A DNA stretch of 64,000 nucleotides. Source: Chiloscyllium plagiosum. Lineage: Eukaryota. Location: the NCBI RefSeq assembly GCF_004010195.1, contig NC_057718.1:10910325-10974324 (forward strand). The letters are read 5' to 3'. Within the stretch, counting starts at the first letter, position 1. Every line of letters starts with the position of its first letter. Positions 12,161 to 24,558 of the stretch are shown here, piece by piece. The notes below the pieces were generated by a model, which made no database searches, was not told the origin of the DNA, and saw only the letters and a program-made list of their open reading frames with translations. The translations under genes were made by a program, and so were the position numbers.

Positions 12161-12395
12161 GGGTGGCATGGTGCCTCAGTGGTTAGCACTGCTGCCTCAC
12201 AGCACTGGGGACCCAGGTTCGATTCCACCCTTAGGCGACTGTCTGCATGGAGTTGGCACACTCTGCCTGGGGTTTGCATGGCTTTCCTCTGGGTGCTCCA
12301 GTTTCCTCCCAAGATGTGCAGGTTAGGTTAATTGTACGTGCTAAATTGTCCACAGTATCACAATGATATGTAGGTCAGATGGATTAGCCATGGAA
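12161..12395 (+). mobile_element. HE1-type V-SINE
   Basis: tRNA-like head (cagtggttagcactgctgcctcacagc...ggttcgattcc) and V-domain. Confidence 0.85.
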
Positions 12396-12603
12396 GTTGG
12401 CTGCTGTCTTGAAAAGTGAATTTGATATTTGCTTCTCAGTTTAAATTCCACATTACTTAGTAATTTAGACTGAAGAGAATTAAGACTTAATTATTGAGAA
12501 GAACCTTGCCTGGCATTCACCCCATCTATGTTCATTATATTTGCAGCTCCAGATTTCATGGTCAAGGAATAATACTACATAATTAGGGATTTGGCTGTTT
12601 AGC

Positions 12604-12922
12604 GTGGCTCATTGGTTAGCACTGCTGCCTCACAGTGCCAGGGATCTGGGTACAATTCCAGCCTCGGGTGACTCTCTGTGTGGAGTTTGCACATTCTCCC
12701 CGTGTCTGCGTGGGTTTCCTCCCACAATCCAAAACAATATGCAGATCAGGTGAATTGGCCACGCTAAATTTCCCATATGTGTAGATCAGGGGAAATGATC
12801 TAAATTACTAAGTAATTTGAAATTTAAACTGAGAATGCGTCTGGGTGGGTTATTCTTCAGAGGGTCGGTGTGGACTTGTTGGGGCAAATGGCCTGTTTCC
12901 ATAATGTAGGGATTCTGTGATG
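12604..12922 (+). mobile_element. HE1-type V-SINE
   Basis: V-domain tgtggagtttgcacattctccccgtgtctgcgtgggtttcc and CR1-like tail ggcctgtttcc. Confidence 0.85.
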
Positions 12923-13447
12923 AATCTTTAAAATGTTGAAAAATTTTCATCTACAAAGGTCCATTCTTTGAACTTAATTGAAATTAATCAAAGACATTAT
13001 CATAATTTTCATCATGTAGCCAGTTAAAATGTTGCAGTGTTTTACTTGCAATGTTTGGGATATGTAGGGGTGGAGACCCATATTGGCCCTTGCTATCACC
13101 TAGGATAGCAGTACTAGGACTTAAGTATATGCTTTTAGTTTAGGGCTGACATGTTAAATGAAGGCAAGCTTGAACCTGTTTCATGTCTCTCTCTCTCCTT
13201 TCCACCCAAACAAACATGAGCAAATGCATGCATAAGTAGGGAGTGGAATTTTTGAAGTGGCCTTTTGCAACGTGCAGGTGTGAGTCTTGGAACTTTATTC
13301 CTTATCTCGTGTGTGGTACTCAGAGACTTAAATGAAGGAAAATATTGATGTAGTTCTAACACCTTTCAGTGCCCACAGTCTCAAGTGCAGCTATCACAAA
13401 AACATAACTTGAACTGGATTTCTTTTTTTTCACCTGTTCCTGGGCAG

Positions 13448-13556
13448 AGTCGATGGGAGAGTCAGCAGGACATTTCGACAGCTGCATTGCAGTCCAACAA
13501 GAAGACTCCTCCATACCGATCCCCGGCGAGTAGGCATTCCATGCCACAAGATGCAG
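13448..13556 (+). CDS. KIF13B: KIF13B coding exon
   Basis: gggcag|AGT...GATGCAG|gtgaga; 109 nt, phase 0-1; SRWESQQDISTAALQ... Confidence 0.92.
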
Positions 13557-13559
13557 GTG

Positions 13560-13932
13560 AGAAGTGTTACAAAGATATATAAAATCATGAAGGACATAGG
13601 GTGGGTAAGAAGAAAACTTTCCCCTTGGTGGAGGGATCACTGACCATGAGGCGTAGACCTAAGGTTAGGGGCGGGTTGTTCAGAGGGAACGTGAGGAAAA
13701 TGACTTTCAACCAGAGGATACTAAAAATCTGGAACTCATTGCCGGTTAGGACGGTGATATAGAAAACCTCATAACATTTAAGAAGTGTTTAATTGTACAC
13801 TTGCAGTGCCAAGACATAAAAGTTATTGGCCAAGGGCTGAAAAATAAGATTAAAATAATGAGGTGGGCTTTTGACCAGTTCAGATTCGATGGGCTGATGG
13901 GCTTTTTTCTGTGCTGTAAACCTCTATGACAT
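13560..13932 (+). mobile_element. CR1 LINE 3' fragment
   Basis: Typical CR1 3' motifs (aaaatcatgaaggac, tggaactcattgcc, atgggctgatgggc...ctgtgctgta). Confidence 0.65.
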
Positions 13933-15355
13933 AGAATAGTTTTCTTTTTATATGGAAAGAGTGCAAAAAATTTTGAAAACAAAAGTTTAACTTATTAAAA
14001 TCACAGTCTTCCAGATGCTAGTGTAACTGTTTTAGTGCTTTCAAAAGGCATACTGTTTTTGTTTTTGGAGCCTGAATTCTTTAAGAAACGGTCATTGCGG
14101 TTAGCTTTCAAGTTTCACCTGACCTTTGAGAGAATACATTCCCTCTGAGATATTTAATCTCAATCCTAAAGTTTAATTGTTTGACACAACCTGTTACTTT
14201 CAAAAATTACTCCCATTAATTAGGGGTACCTCCTTCAGAACCTAGATCACTTAGTTTATTAATACACTTTTGATCTTCATGAATTTAAGTAATTGGAAGC
14301 AGGAAGTGACATCCTTGATCTATCTGTGGCTGCTTTCAGCATTCTCCAATCTTTCCGGTATTTGTTCTTTTAGAAAGCTTGTGGCTCATTGAGGAGATTT
14401 TAAATATCCTGCTGGTGTGATCTTTAACTGAATATTACTTGAGCAAAATGGATTGAAAATTCTGGAAAGACTTTGCGGATAATGAAGCAAGTTCACTTTA
14501 GTTTCTGTAATCTGTCTGAATACTTAACTGTAGTGGGGCTTTATGGTATGACATACTTCTAATCTTGTAAAAGAATATTAGCAAAATGTCCAACTGCTGC
14601 TTCAGACTTGTAAAATCTTTGCTTCATATCACATAATTTATATTTGCTAAAAATGCATGGTTCACTTCAAATTGCCACCTTGCACAATATCCAATGTTCT
14701 GGAAATTCTGAGCTCTTTTTGTTTGATCAACATTATGCTGTTAGTAGATGACTCACAAAGTAACTTTTGCAGTATGCCTTCTCAGGGTTTGTTAATTTTG
14801 TGTCTTAAATGAAACCTTTTTGCGAAGCATTAAGATCACCCAAAAGGCACAAAAGGAAGGAAAGAAGGGTAAAAAAAGTATGACACTCGCTTTCATGTAA
14901 TGAGAGTAGAAATCAGGCAAATTGGGAACCATGTGTTTTTGAGACCTGCCTGGACTCATAGAACATAGAACATTACAGCGCAGTACAGGCCCTTCGGCCC
15001 TCGATGTTGCGCCGACCTGTCATACCAATCTGAAGCCCATCTAACCTACACTATTCCATGTACGTCAATATGCTTGACCAATGACAACTTAAATGGCTGG
15101 GAAAATGTAGGATTCATGAGCTGGGTTTGGAAATATATGACTTGGAGAAAAAGTGCAGTTTGCAGCAAAGGCAAACACAATCCAAAAATCAATTGACTGA
15201 AATTTTAGTAGCTGTGATACAAATACGAAGGACAGTAGCATCATCTAATGACTTTCTAACAGGGCCAACTCCTTGTTTTGTTTTTTACCCCCCTTTTCAT
15301 GTCCTATCTTTGTCTGTCGGGGTTTCCAGTCATTTGCAATGCTGCCTGCTAACAG

Positions 15356-15364
15356 CTATGAATG
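15356..15364 (+). CDS. KIF13B: Candidate 9-nt KIF13B microexon (adds Ala-Met-Asn)
   Basis: tgctgcctgctaacag|CTATGAATG|gtaata; phase 1-1 matches both flanking exons; TGC cluster before the AG, pyrimidine tract upstream, TGCATG downstream. Confidence 0.5.
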
Positions 15365-17026
15365 GTAATAACTGCTGGCAGATATCCTGTCCAATAGTAC
15401 AACGCACTCATCTCTTCGCAGCTCTTCCATTAGTAAAATCTAATATTGTGATACAAAGGCTGCATGTTTTTAAAATAACCTGATTGTGTTGAGACAATTT
15501 TGTTGTAAAAAATAAAATTGCTGCCAATTTTAGAAAGAATTCCCGTGATGTAATTAATAATTTGTCATTTTTTCTTCCATTTGCACTGCCTGTGCTTATA
15601 TGATGGATAATGGTAAGAAATTCTAACAAGTGCCATTTTTTATTGTCCATCTAGATTTGCTTTCATTCCAGTATAATGGGAAACATTAGTGCATGATATT
15701 ATTGGAGTTGTAACATTTGTCTGTATTGTTCTTAATTCCTCTTTCGCACCTCTTTCTCATTGATTCACTCACTTTCTAAGGTGCATTGTTTTACTTAATG
15801 AAATGAGATCTACCAAAATAGCAGAAACTCCAGCCAGTTTTAGTGTGTGACTTAGAAGGATCATTTCATTGTGCATATATTCCCCAAAAACATCAAGTTT
15901 GCTGTCCTGTTTGGAAGAAAATGGTCAGTTGTGTGACCCAGAGCCTCAAGTTTTCATGTACCAATGTGAATTTGAAAATCAGAACATGGCTTCAAGTCAG
16001 AATGGTTCCCAGTAGACATTTCAGGAAGTGTAAATGGGTGCATGTATTCCTTTGCTATGCCATGCTCAATTATGATAATTGGGCAGTATATTAGGGAAAC
16101 ATGGGCTAATGCATGAAGATTGTACTGATAAAATCATAATGCTACTTGTTTTGCAAAGTTATCTTTACTGATGGTACAACTATTCTCCAAAGCTCTGACA
16201 AAGTGAGTAACATTGCTGAATTACTTTGAAATCCCTTGAATGAGAACTGAGACACCAGTGTGGTAGTAATGTTAGTAGACTGTATGCTCACATTCTGAGA
16301 CTGTAGTTTCAAATCCCATTTGGCAACCAGTGGAATTTAAATTCAATTAATTAAAACACATCAGTTAATTTTAAAAGTCTATAAAACTGTAATTGAATGT
16401 TAGAAATGGTGACTCTGAAGCTGTGGTTGTAATTAAAACCTATTGTTCTTGTCAGGTTTGGCAAATCTGATTTTATTTTTGTTCATTTATTGAAAAGCTT
16501 TGGGTATCCTTAGAAATGCCAAGATTTGTTTCCTTTCTGTAATTGTGCTTAAACTGAACTTCTTGATTGCGTATTTAAGAGCTGCTCCCTTGAACAGTCC
16601 ATGTGGCGTAGGTACACCCAGAGTCCTATCAGCAAAGGAGTTATAGAATTTTGACACAGTGAAGGAATGGTGACATAGTTCAAAGACAAGATAGTGTGGT
16701 TTGGAGGGGAACCTGTATTTGGAACCTGTGCCTTATGTGGATTCAAACAAACAGAAATAAAATTTGGGTCTTGTGCCTGTGTTTGTATCAAGGAAGGAGG
16801 GAAAAGGTGAGATGTTCTGGGAAAAGTAAGTGATCAGTTTGTGGTTACACCTAATGATGAATACACGTTGGAGCATTGAGCTTGTGGAGAGAACTCCTAC
16901 ATTTTCTCTGTCCTTAGTCATATGGTAAAGAAAAAAAGGGCGGTGCAAAATAGAAAGGTAAAACATATAGTACAATGAAGGAATTCATTTGCAGATTCTG
17001 CATCATTATCTACCATCTCTTATCAG

Positions 17027-17163
17027 ACTCATTCTCAGCACTAGCAGCCTCTTACTTGAATCCAGTGAAGGCCTTTGTACCTCAGATGCCCAAACTTCTC
17101 AAATCACTTTTCCCTGTACGTGATGAAGAGAAGAGAAGATCTGTCCCTGTACCAAATCAACAG
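17027..17163 (+). CDS. KIF13B: KIF13B coding exon
   Basis: tatcag|AC...CAACAG|gtgagg; 137 nt, phase 1-0; SFSALAASYLNPVKAFVPQMPKLLKSLFPVRDEEKRR. Confidence 0.95.
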
Positions 17164-17394
17164 GTGAGGACTTAACTGTTTAATGACCTTTTTTTGAAAA
17201 CAAACTAAACATATGTGGTTGGGAATGAAGACATAAGAGATGCTGTGAACCCCTTTTTTAGTTTTAAAAATCCAGAGAATTGCAGGTGCTAGAAATTGGA
17301 AGCCAAAACAGAAATTGTGGAAAGTTTCAGGTTGGGCAGCATCTGTGGAGAGAGAGCATGTTTTAACATTATCAGGTCCCGTTTGAACTATAGT

Positions 17395-17625
17395 ATCACT
17401 ACAGTGTGGAAAGAGACCATTTGATCCACTGTCTGTGCATCGACCTACCAAAGAGCATCCCACCCAGACCCAACCCCCACCCCATCCCTATCCTTGTAAC
17501 CCTGAATTTTGCCATGGATAACCCACCTAGCCTGCTCATATCTGAATATTACAGTGCAATTCTAGCATGGCCAATCCACATAACCTGTGCACCATTGGGC
17601 TGTGGGGAAAAAACCGGAGCACCCC
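17395..17625 (-). mobile_element. HE1-type SINE, 3' part
   Basis: Reverse complement of V-domain and tail (tagcatggccaatccac, tgtggg..aaaccggagcaccc). Confidence 0.65.
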
Positions 17626-19199
17626 TTGTTTTTTGTTTGCTCCTTTTTGTTTAGTCTTTAGTCTTTAGATGTAGGGATATTGTGAAAACTTTAAGTGATG
17701 ATAGTTCTCAGAAACATGGGCAGGATGAGTTGGTTAATTGACTACAGGTGAAAAAGACCAATGTGGCAAATTGAGAGAGGAGCAAGGAAGATTTCAACAA
17801 TGTCAAAGATGGTGAGCTTAATTGTCAAGAAGCAAGCAGGAATCGGAGGAAGATTGCCATCAATTTGGCAGTTCATAACAATATTTCAATAAAACTGGCC
17901 ATGGTGCTTGACAGAATCTTAAAATGCTCATTTTGTTTTTAATTGGTGTAAAACTGTATTTGTGTGTGAAAGAATTATGAAAGCAAGAAACTTTAAGGGT
18001 GCCTTTGTAATAATTCATTAAAAAGTTACCAGGCCTTTATATATTCAATGATAGCTTAAATGAACTGGCTTTTCAATATGATCTGTAACAAAGTTACTGA
18101 GGTAAGTGAAGGGGGAGCACTTATTAGCTGCAGGGAGGCATTAATGTGTGTGCAATATAAACAGGAATATTTACTCAGTTTATGGCTCTGTTGTTGTAAT
18201 CCGAAGGCACACCATTCAGTACAGAAGGTGCTGCAGTCCTGAACAAGATGTTGAATCTTTTGGGAATGCAGGCATCACCACTGTAACATCACAGGATCAC
18301 AGAATTGTTAATGGTCCAGAAAGAAGCTATTCGGCCTGTTGTGTCTAAGCCAGCTGTCTGAGTGTTTTGAATGAGTGTCACTCTCCTGCTTGTTCCCTTT
18401 AATCCTGCACACTGTTTCTATTTAAGTAATCATTTGATACCCTTCTAAATCCCTCAATTGAACCTGCCTGTATCACAGAACCAATAGTGCATTTGAAACC
18501 CAAGTGTCCACTATGCCTCGCATTAGTTTCTTCTGCAAAATGCTTTAAAATCATGTTTTCTGGTTCATGATCCTTTTATGAGCAATGTGGAAGCAGTTGA
18601 AATGGAAAGGGATCACACAAGTGACTTGTACTGTTACTGAACTCTGTGCAGGCTGGCCTGATCATTTCATTGGTTTCAGTAACTTGCAATGTGTTCTGGT
18701 TATGATGACATCACAGTTTAAACCATATTTCATTCAAAAAATGTAAAAGCGCCATTACATTTATGTAGTGCCTTTCTCAACCTTTGGGATACCTCTAAGT
18801 GCTTTACATTTAACCAAGTACCTTATTTGAAATGTCACTGATATTTTTGTGGACCAGGACTGACACTGAAGTATAATAATGATCGTGGGTTTTAAGCCAG
18901 AGCTTCTGCACGCCCTTGCATAGGATACAGAGGAAAGAGATGATGGGTTTTGAAGAGATATTCAGAAAAAGCTGAATGAACAAGCTGTGATTGGATCTGC
19001 TGTTGGTGAAAGTGCAGTGGTCCTGGTTGCACAGAATGTGGAGAACTGGGAACCTTAAATTATTTAATAGCAAATTTTTGTTAAATGTTCACAGGTAACT
19101 GAATGATAGAATAATTTAAACTGAGTCTGGGGATTTTGGGGTTTAAGCCTTATCTAAATAAATAGTGCATAGTAACTGATCAGTATTTCTTACCTTTAG

Positions 19200-19262
19200 T
19201 CTGTTCCTCGAATTGTGGTGCAGTCTGCTAAATTTGAAGATACTTTTGAACAGAATCAAGTT
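19200..19262 (+). CDS. KIF13B: KIF13B coding exon
   Basis: ctttag|TCT...CAAGTT|gtaagt; 63 nt; SVPRIVVQSAKFEDTFEQNQV (human PVPRIMVQSA). Confidence 0.88.
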
Positions 19263-20209
19263 GTAAGTATAATTTCAAGAAGTATTTGAATTCATACCTG
19301 TCTGAATAGGTATCTCGCTGCACGTGGTCAAAAAAATCAAACTTACTTCTAAAGGTCTTATGTGTTCACTTATGTATTCAGCAGCTTAAATATTTTATAG
19401 TGCTGCTGTCTTGGGAGTACTTTAAAAGGTAGAAAGGTGAACAGCATAGTCAGTTGAAAGGAGAGCAGTAAAGAGAGATGCTTCTTAAAGGTTGTGAAAG
19501 AGGTAACAAGGTCAAATGGATATGAAAGAGAGCTTTCCAATCATGGAATGGAATAATGATTCAGAATGGTGAGGACTGAGGGTAACAGCTGGGATGCAGA
19601 CTCGAGGAAGATACTATGCTGTAAGTTAATGGAGGGATTAAAAACATTTATTAACTCACTCTATTTTGCTCAGAATGTTCTTTATTGATCTTGCATTTGG
19701 ACCTGATTGTGGCTAATTGGCAGCTGGGTTTGCAATTTAAGAAAATTGACTGCATTTCAAACAAAGATTTATCGTGAAGCACTTCTGGGATGTCCCAAGG
19801 ACTCAAAATAAGTTGCTACGTAAATGCAACTTAATTTCCATTTAAATAAACTTTTGAAAAATTGATTTTCATTGCCTTCATGTTCTGTGATGTGTTACTT
19901 ATAATGTTTATTAAGTCAAGGATGGACTGAGAAATCTATTTCTTTAAAGATGTTTTTCTTTCCAGTTTTGGTCCCCGCTCTTTAGCACCTCCCTTAGAAC
20001 CTCGTTTGTCTACTGAGGTATCTTCCTTCTGCTAGAAGGATGATGAGGAACATATTTGAGATTGTTGCATGATTTCAGTATGGCATATATTTGTTGCAAA
20101 CTGTTTTTTTTTGGAGTGGTTGTGGGATGGGGTTAATGAGGAGAAGGGATAAAATGCGCTAACATAATTTGCTTTGCCAAAACGTGGTGTTTCTGTACGT
20201 TTTCATCAG

Positions 20210-21434
20210 GCTCAACAAGACAAAGTCTCTTCTGCTCCAGTGATCATGACAAAACCCACCCATCCCGTAGCCATAGCCTCAGGCACTCCAAATGCTCCAT
20301 CGAAGATCGATTCAGTGGACACAGCTGGCCATGAATCCCAAGGAGACCCTCAAAGTCCTCCAAGTGAGGCTTCAAGTGGGTATTTCTCCCATAGTGTTTC
20401 CACAGCAACACTTTCGGAAACTGCTATGGTGTCAAGTGGCGACGTTGGCACACCTCCACCAGGTTGGGTCACTACAGACAGGGACACTTGTGCCCAGCTC
20501 CAAAGTCAAAGGTCAGCCACCAGTGAGGGTTCAGCACAACTAAATGCTGATATTAAATCAGATTCCTGCTTTGCTGGACATGTGGCGAATGGATCTCTGG
20601 GCATGCAGCATCAAATCACTCAAGTAACAGGTGGTGCGCCACTGATGTCCAACGAAGGTCAATTCCAACTGCAAAGCCCAAGCAAGGATGTGGGAAAGGA
20701 TTGTGGAAAAGTTCAAAATCAATCAGTAGGTCCGGAGGTAACAGCAGAGTCTGCACATGAGACAATGGTGGCAGAGCCCATGGAAATACCTGCATCAGTT
20801 GACACGAAAAATAGCTTCTCTACTTCTCAGACAACCAAAACACCATTGGACAAAACAGTCAGTCCCGATGTGACCAACCAGAAGGTCACCCTGCATTCTC
20901 TCCAAATCGATGAGCTGGAGGACTTGTTACCGGTACAGAAGTCAACCTCAGCGCTAACTGTCTCAAAGTCTGAGCCAAAATCTGATGCAACACAGTCCAT
21001 AACCACAGCATCTAACCCCTTCAGAATACAAAAGGTGAGGACGTCCGAGTTGAAGTCGTTCACAGGCATCTTGGGGGATGAAACCACTTGGCAAGATCCT
21101 GAAGATATTCTTGAAGATAAAGAAGCGCAGTGGTCAACAGAGGAATGGGACTCTGGGCCCTCTGGCCTAGCTGCAGGTCATGTACCAGAGCCATGTGACG
21201 ATTCTGAGAGCTCTGTACCTGCAAGTACAAGGTATGATGATTATCCTGAGTTATCAAGCGAGAAACTTGAAATTATTTCAGATTCTGAGGAAGCTGTTGA
21301 CACCATTCCTGAGTGGCTAAAAGAAGGGGAGTACGTCTCAGTTGGTACAAACAAGACTGGTACAGTCAGGTATATAGGATCTACAGAATTTGCTGATGGA
21401 ATTTGGATTGGAATTGAGCTGAATGTACCAGCAG
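20210..21434 (+). CDS. KIF13B: KIF13B large penultimate exon: S/T/P-rich linker plus N-terminal half of CAP-Gly
   Basis: catcag|GCT...CCAGCAG|gtaaga; 1225 nt within ORF 20174-21496; motifs SEASSGYFSHSVSTATLS, NPFRIQKVRTSELKSF, SDSEE..IPEWLKEGEYVSVG..GTVRYIG..F..GIWIGIEL. Confidence 0.95.
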
Positions 21435-22998
21435 GTAAGAGACTTGAGAATATCTTCAATGGGATTTTGGTTCTATACTTAAAAGAATGTTGTTAATGGG
21501 CTGAAAGATAGCTTTACCTAATTTCAACCCTTTTCTCATTGACTTTATAGCTGGTTTCTTAAGGTCTTGAGTTGCAGCTTCCCACAAGAGTGGCAAGAGT
21601 TTGCTTTTCTTTCGTTTTATTTCTGCTTTGTTATTTTCCTTTCTTATTTATTCTCTTGAAGTGCTTCTTTATTTGGTGTCTTGTGTTGGATAAATAATTA
21701 AATTTGTCTCCACTATAATTCATAAATGCTGCTTGTGAATCTTGTGCAACCAAGTAACAAACAGAAATGTTAATATCATATGGTCAACAGCATCTCTAAA
21801 ATTATTTTGTTGCAACTTATTATTTGCGATAATGTTGTTGATTATCTAGTATGGAAACATTTCATTTCTGCTCCAAATTACAAACCACAACTTAAGTTCA
21901 TAAACAACTCTAGTTCTGCATGGCAAATATAGCATTTTTCGTGATGCTGTATCCTTCCAGTGTGGACCATAATAGTGTTTGGGTGATGTGAAAGCTGAAA
22001 TGGGAAGTTATACGGATGCGCAGCACAGGAGGAGTTAATGTAGCTTATCGTCTTTAAAATATCCACTGACAGAGTCATGGAGAAATACAACATGGAAACA
22101 GACCCTTTGGTCCAACTCCTCCATGCCAGCCAGATATCCAATATAAACCTAGTCCCATTTGCCAGCTTTTGGCCAATTACCCTTTGCCTTCTCCTATGAA
22201 CCTTTATCTTCCTTTTGCTTCAAATATTTATCCACTTCTCTAAGAATATACAATGATCACTGTCTATCACACTCTACAAACTAGCCCATTCCTCCAATAT
22301 TCCTTTCCACAAAAATTTGTCCCATCATGAGGAGAAGATGAAAAGAAAGATTCCTTCATCTTAATGGCCTTGCAATTTTGTACACTTTTGCTTTTAACCA
22401 ACCAGGATGTAAATCCAATGAGCTGGGGGAATGATTTGTTTTAATTCTTGAGATTAGCTCTATTGTGAGAAGTTAATCTTTTTTGTGTTTTTTTTCTCCC
22501 AGGAGTTGTAGTAAAAGATCAGGTGTACTTCTGTCCCTATGTTCCTTTTCATCATGTTCTTGGAGAGAGTGGTTGTGTCTTTGACCTGTTTGGGCCACTG
22601 CTGCCCTCAGCCAGTCATTTTGTTGTGTGAAAGTGCCTTCTGGAGAAAAGCTCCAAGTATTTTGCTGTTCTGCAGTAATGGTGGGATTTAAAGATTCACC
22701 TCTCCCTCTTCACATCATCTTTTAGACCATAAGACCATAAACAGGAGTAAGCTATTTAACTGCTTGATCGTGCTGCACTTTTCAAAAGGATCAAGGCTAA
22801 ACTGGCATTCCTTATGTCCACTTTCCTGCCTTTTCCCCATAACCCTTTTGAGAAACAGTCTAATGGGAGAAAGTTAAATATTGCATATCTTGTCATGGGG
22901 CTAGTTTATGGTTGTTCACTTACTTTGATTTGCTATCTGAATGTTTTCACAATTTGCTTTAAGTTTAAAGTTCTAAAAACACTTTTGCTATGTTTCAG

Positions 22999-23309
22999 GA
23001 AAGAATGACGGTTCAGTCGGTGGAAAGCAGTATTTCCGATGTAATCCAGGCTACGGAGTATTAGTTAGGCCAAACAGAGTTGCAAAAGCCACTGGCTCAG
23101 TGAAACGGCGTAGCACCGGCCTCCGGACTCAGTTGGCTGCAAATTCGGAGAATCGGAGGAGCGGGAACTTTTCCAAATCTAACCCAAACTTGTCAGCTCT
23201 CACTGCAATGGCCAAATCTGAAGGAGGAACAGGACTCCGATCAGGTGACAGGACTCCAAGGAAGAGTGAGCATAGGAAATCCTGGTCTGCTGAGCAAAAA
23301 CCTTCATGA
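22999..23309 (+). CDS. KIF13B: KIF13B terminal coding exon (CAP-Gly GKNDG motif to stop)
   Basis: tttcag|GA AAG AAT GAC GGT; GKNDGSVGGKQYFRCNPGYGVLVRP...RRSTGLR...HRKSWSAEQKPS*; TGA at 23307-23309. Confidence 0.96.
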
Positions 23310-24235
23310 GAAATCAGCCAGTGCATGATGTTTAGACCTAACTGGTAAGGCTTTGGAACTGGACATCCATGGCAAACTTCTTTTTAAACTGAATCCAGCG
23401 GTGCCTTTCGAGAATTAACTTGCCTGTCCCAAGGAGAACCATCCACTGGCCTATCCTGGAACTCTCTTAATTAATTATCTTTCTTCTAACTGCCATGTTC
23501 ACTTATCTTCCAACAGTAACATCATTTCATTTTCCTGCTTCAAAGTGGATGATAATCAAATGATCTGAAAATGGCTTGTGAACTACTGGACATATGCTGT
23601 AAAAGATATTTATGATTCACGTGAGGGCTTTTGTATTGTCAAAGTTTGACTTCCCAGTTCTATTGTGCTGAGCTGCCTGCAGTCCTTCTCGTTGCGAGAT
23701 GAATGTGTCCATGCCCTCTTTCACAACAGTGGAATCAAACATTGTCATAAGCACCTCTTTGAACCTGCTCAAAGAATATCCAAACACTTGAGTATTAATT
23801 TCCTGCCCCTATGACATTGTTGTAGTACTTAAGTTTTCACCTTGAATCAGGTCTGGTTTTAGTTCTGGGGTGATTTTGAGCAGAGCAGAGTTCAAGGTTT
23901 TTTCCGTGCCATATTGAGGGCATGGTCCCATTTCTTCACTCCTGTTCGGCTTCGAAAGTTTGCTGATATACCAAGTGTGGGGGAATACAGCAACTCCTCA
24001 GCAAAACAGGTAATACTTAACTGGGCGAAGACCCAATTAAGATGTCAGTAAGGGAATGTACAGTTTGCTATAATGGTCAGGATACCACCAGCGTGCTTCC
24101 ACTGGTGGAAGCTCTTCCTATTAGAACCCAGGAATCTTTTTTTTTTCCACCAGTAATGGTGGAAATTTAAGTGCTGTCCCTATGCAATGCAAGCAATGTA
24201 TTTTAACTGGTCTGTTGGGATTGTGAGGAATACTA

Positions 24236-24558
24236 GGGTGGCACGGTGGCTCAGTGGTTAGCACTGCTGCCTCACAGCACCAGGGTCCCAGGTTCGATTC
24301 CAGCCTCGGGCAACTATCTGTGTGAAGTTTGCACATTCTCCCAATGTCTGCGTGGGTTTCCTCCAGTTACTCCAGTTTCCTCCCACAGTCCAAAGATGTG
24401 CGGGTCAGATGAATTGGCCACGCCAAATTGTCCCCATAGTTTTAGGTGCATTCGTCAAAGGGAAATGGGTCTGGGTGGGTTACTCTTCGGAGGGGCGGTG
24501 TGGACAGGTTGGGCCTTTAAGGGCCTGTTCCCATGCTGTAGGGAATCTAATCTAAACT
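24236..24558 (+). mobile_element. HE1-type V-SINE within the probable KIF13B 3' UTR
   Basis: Full head-to-tail copy ending in aatctaatctaa. Confidence 0.88.

Noticed and set aside
12161..12240. tRNA-like A/B box sequences here and at other SINE heads
   Set aside because: They continue into V-SINE bodies, so they are SINE heads rather than tRNA genes
19950..20017. Exon-like segment ending ACTGAG|gtatct (FGPRSLAPPLEPRLSTE)
   Set aside because: Available acceptors give 20, 32, 52 or 68 nt, none frame-preserving between phase-0 neighbours; needs RNA evidence
20174..20209. ORF-track start of the 440-aa ORF as an independent gene
   Set aside because: Starts at an intronic TTG; the real boundary is the acceptor at 20209/20210 and the ORF is a KIF13B exon
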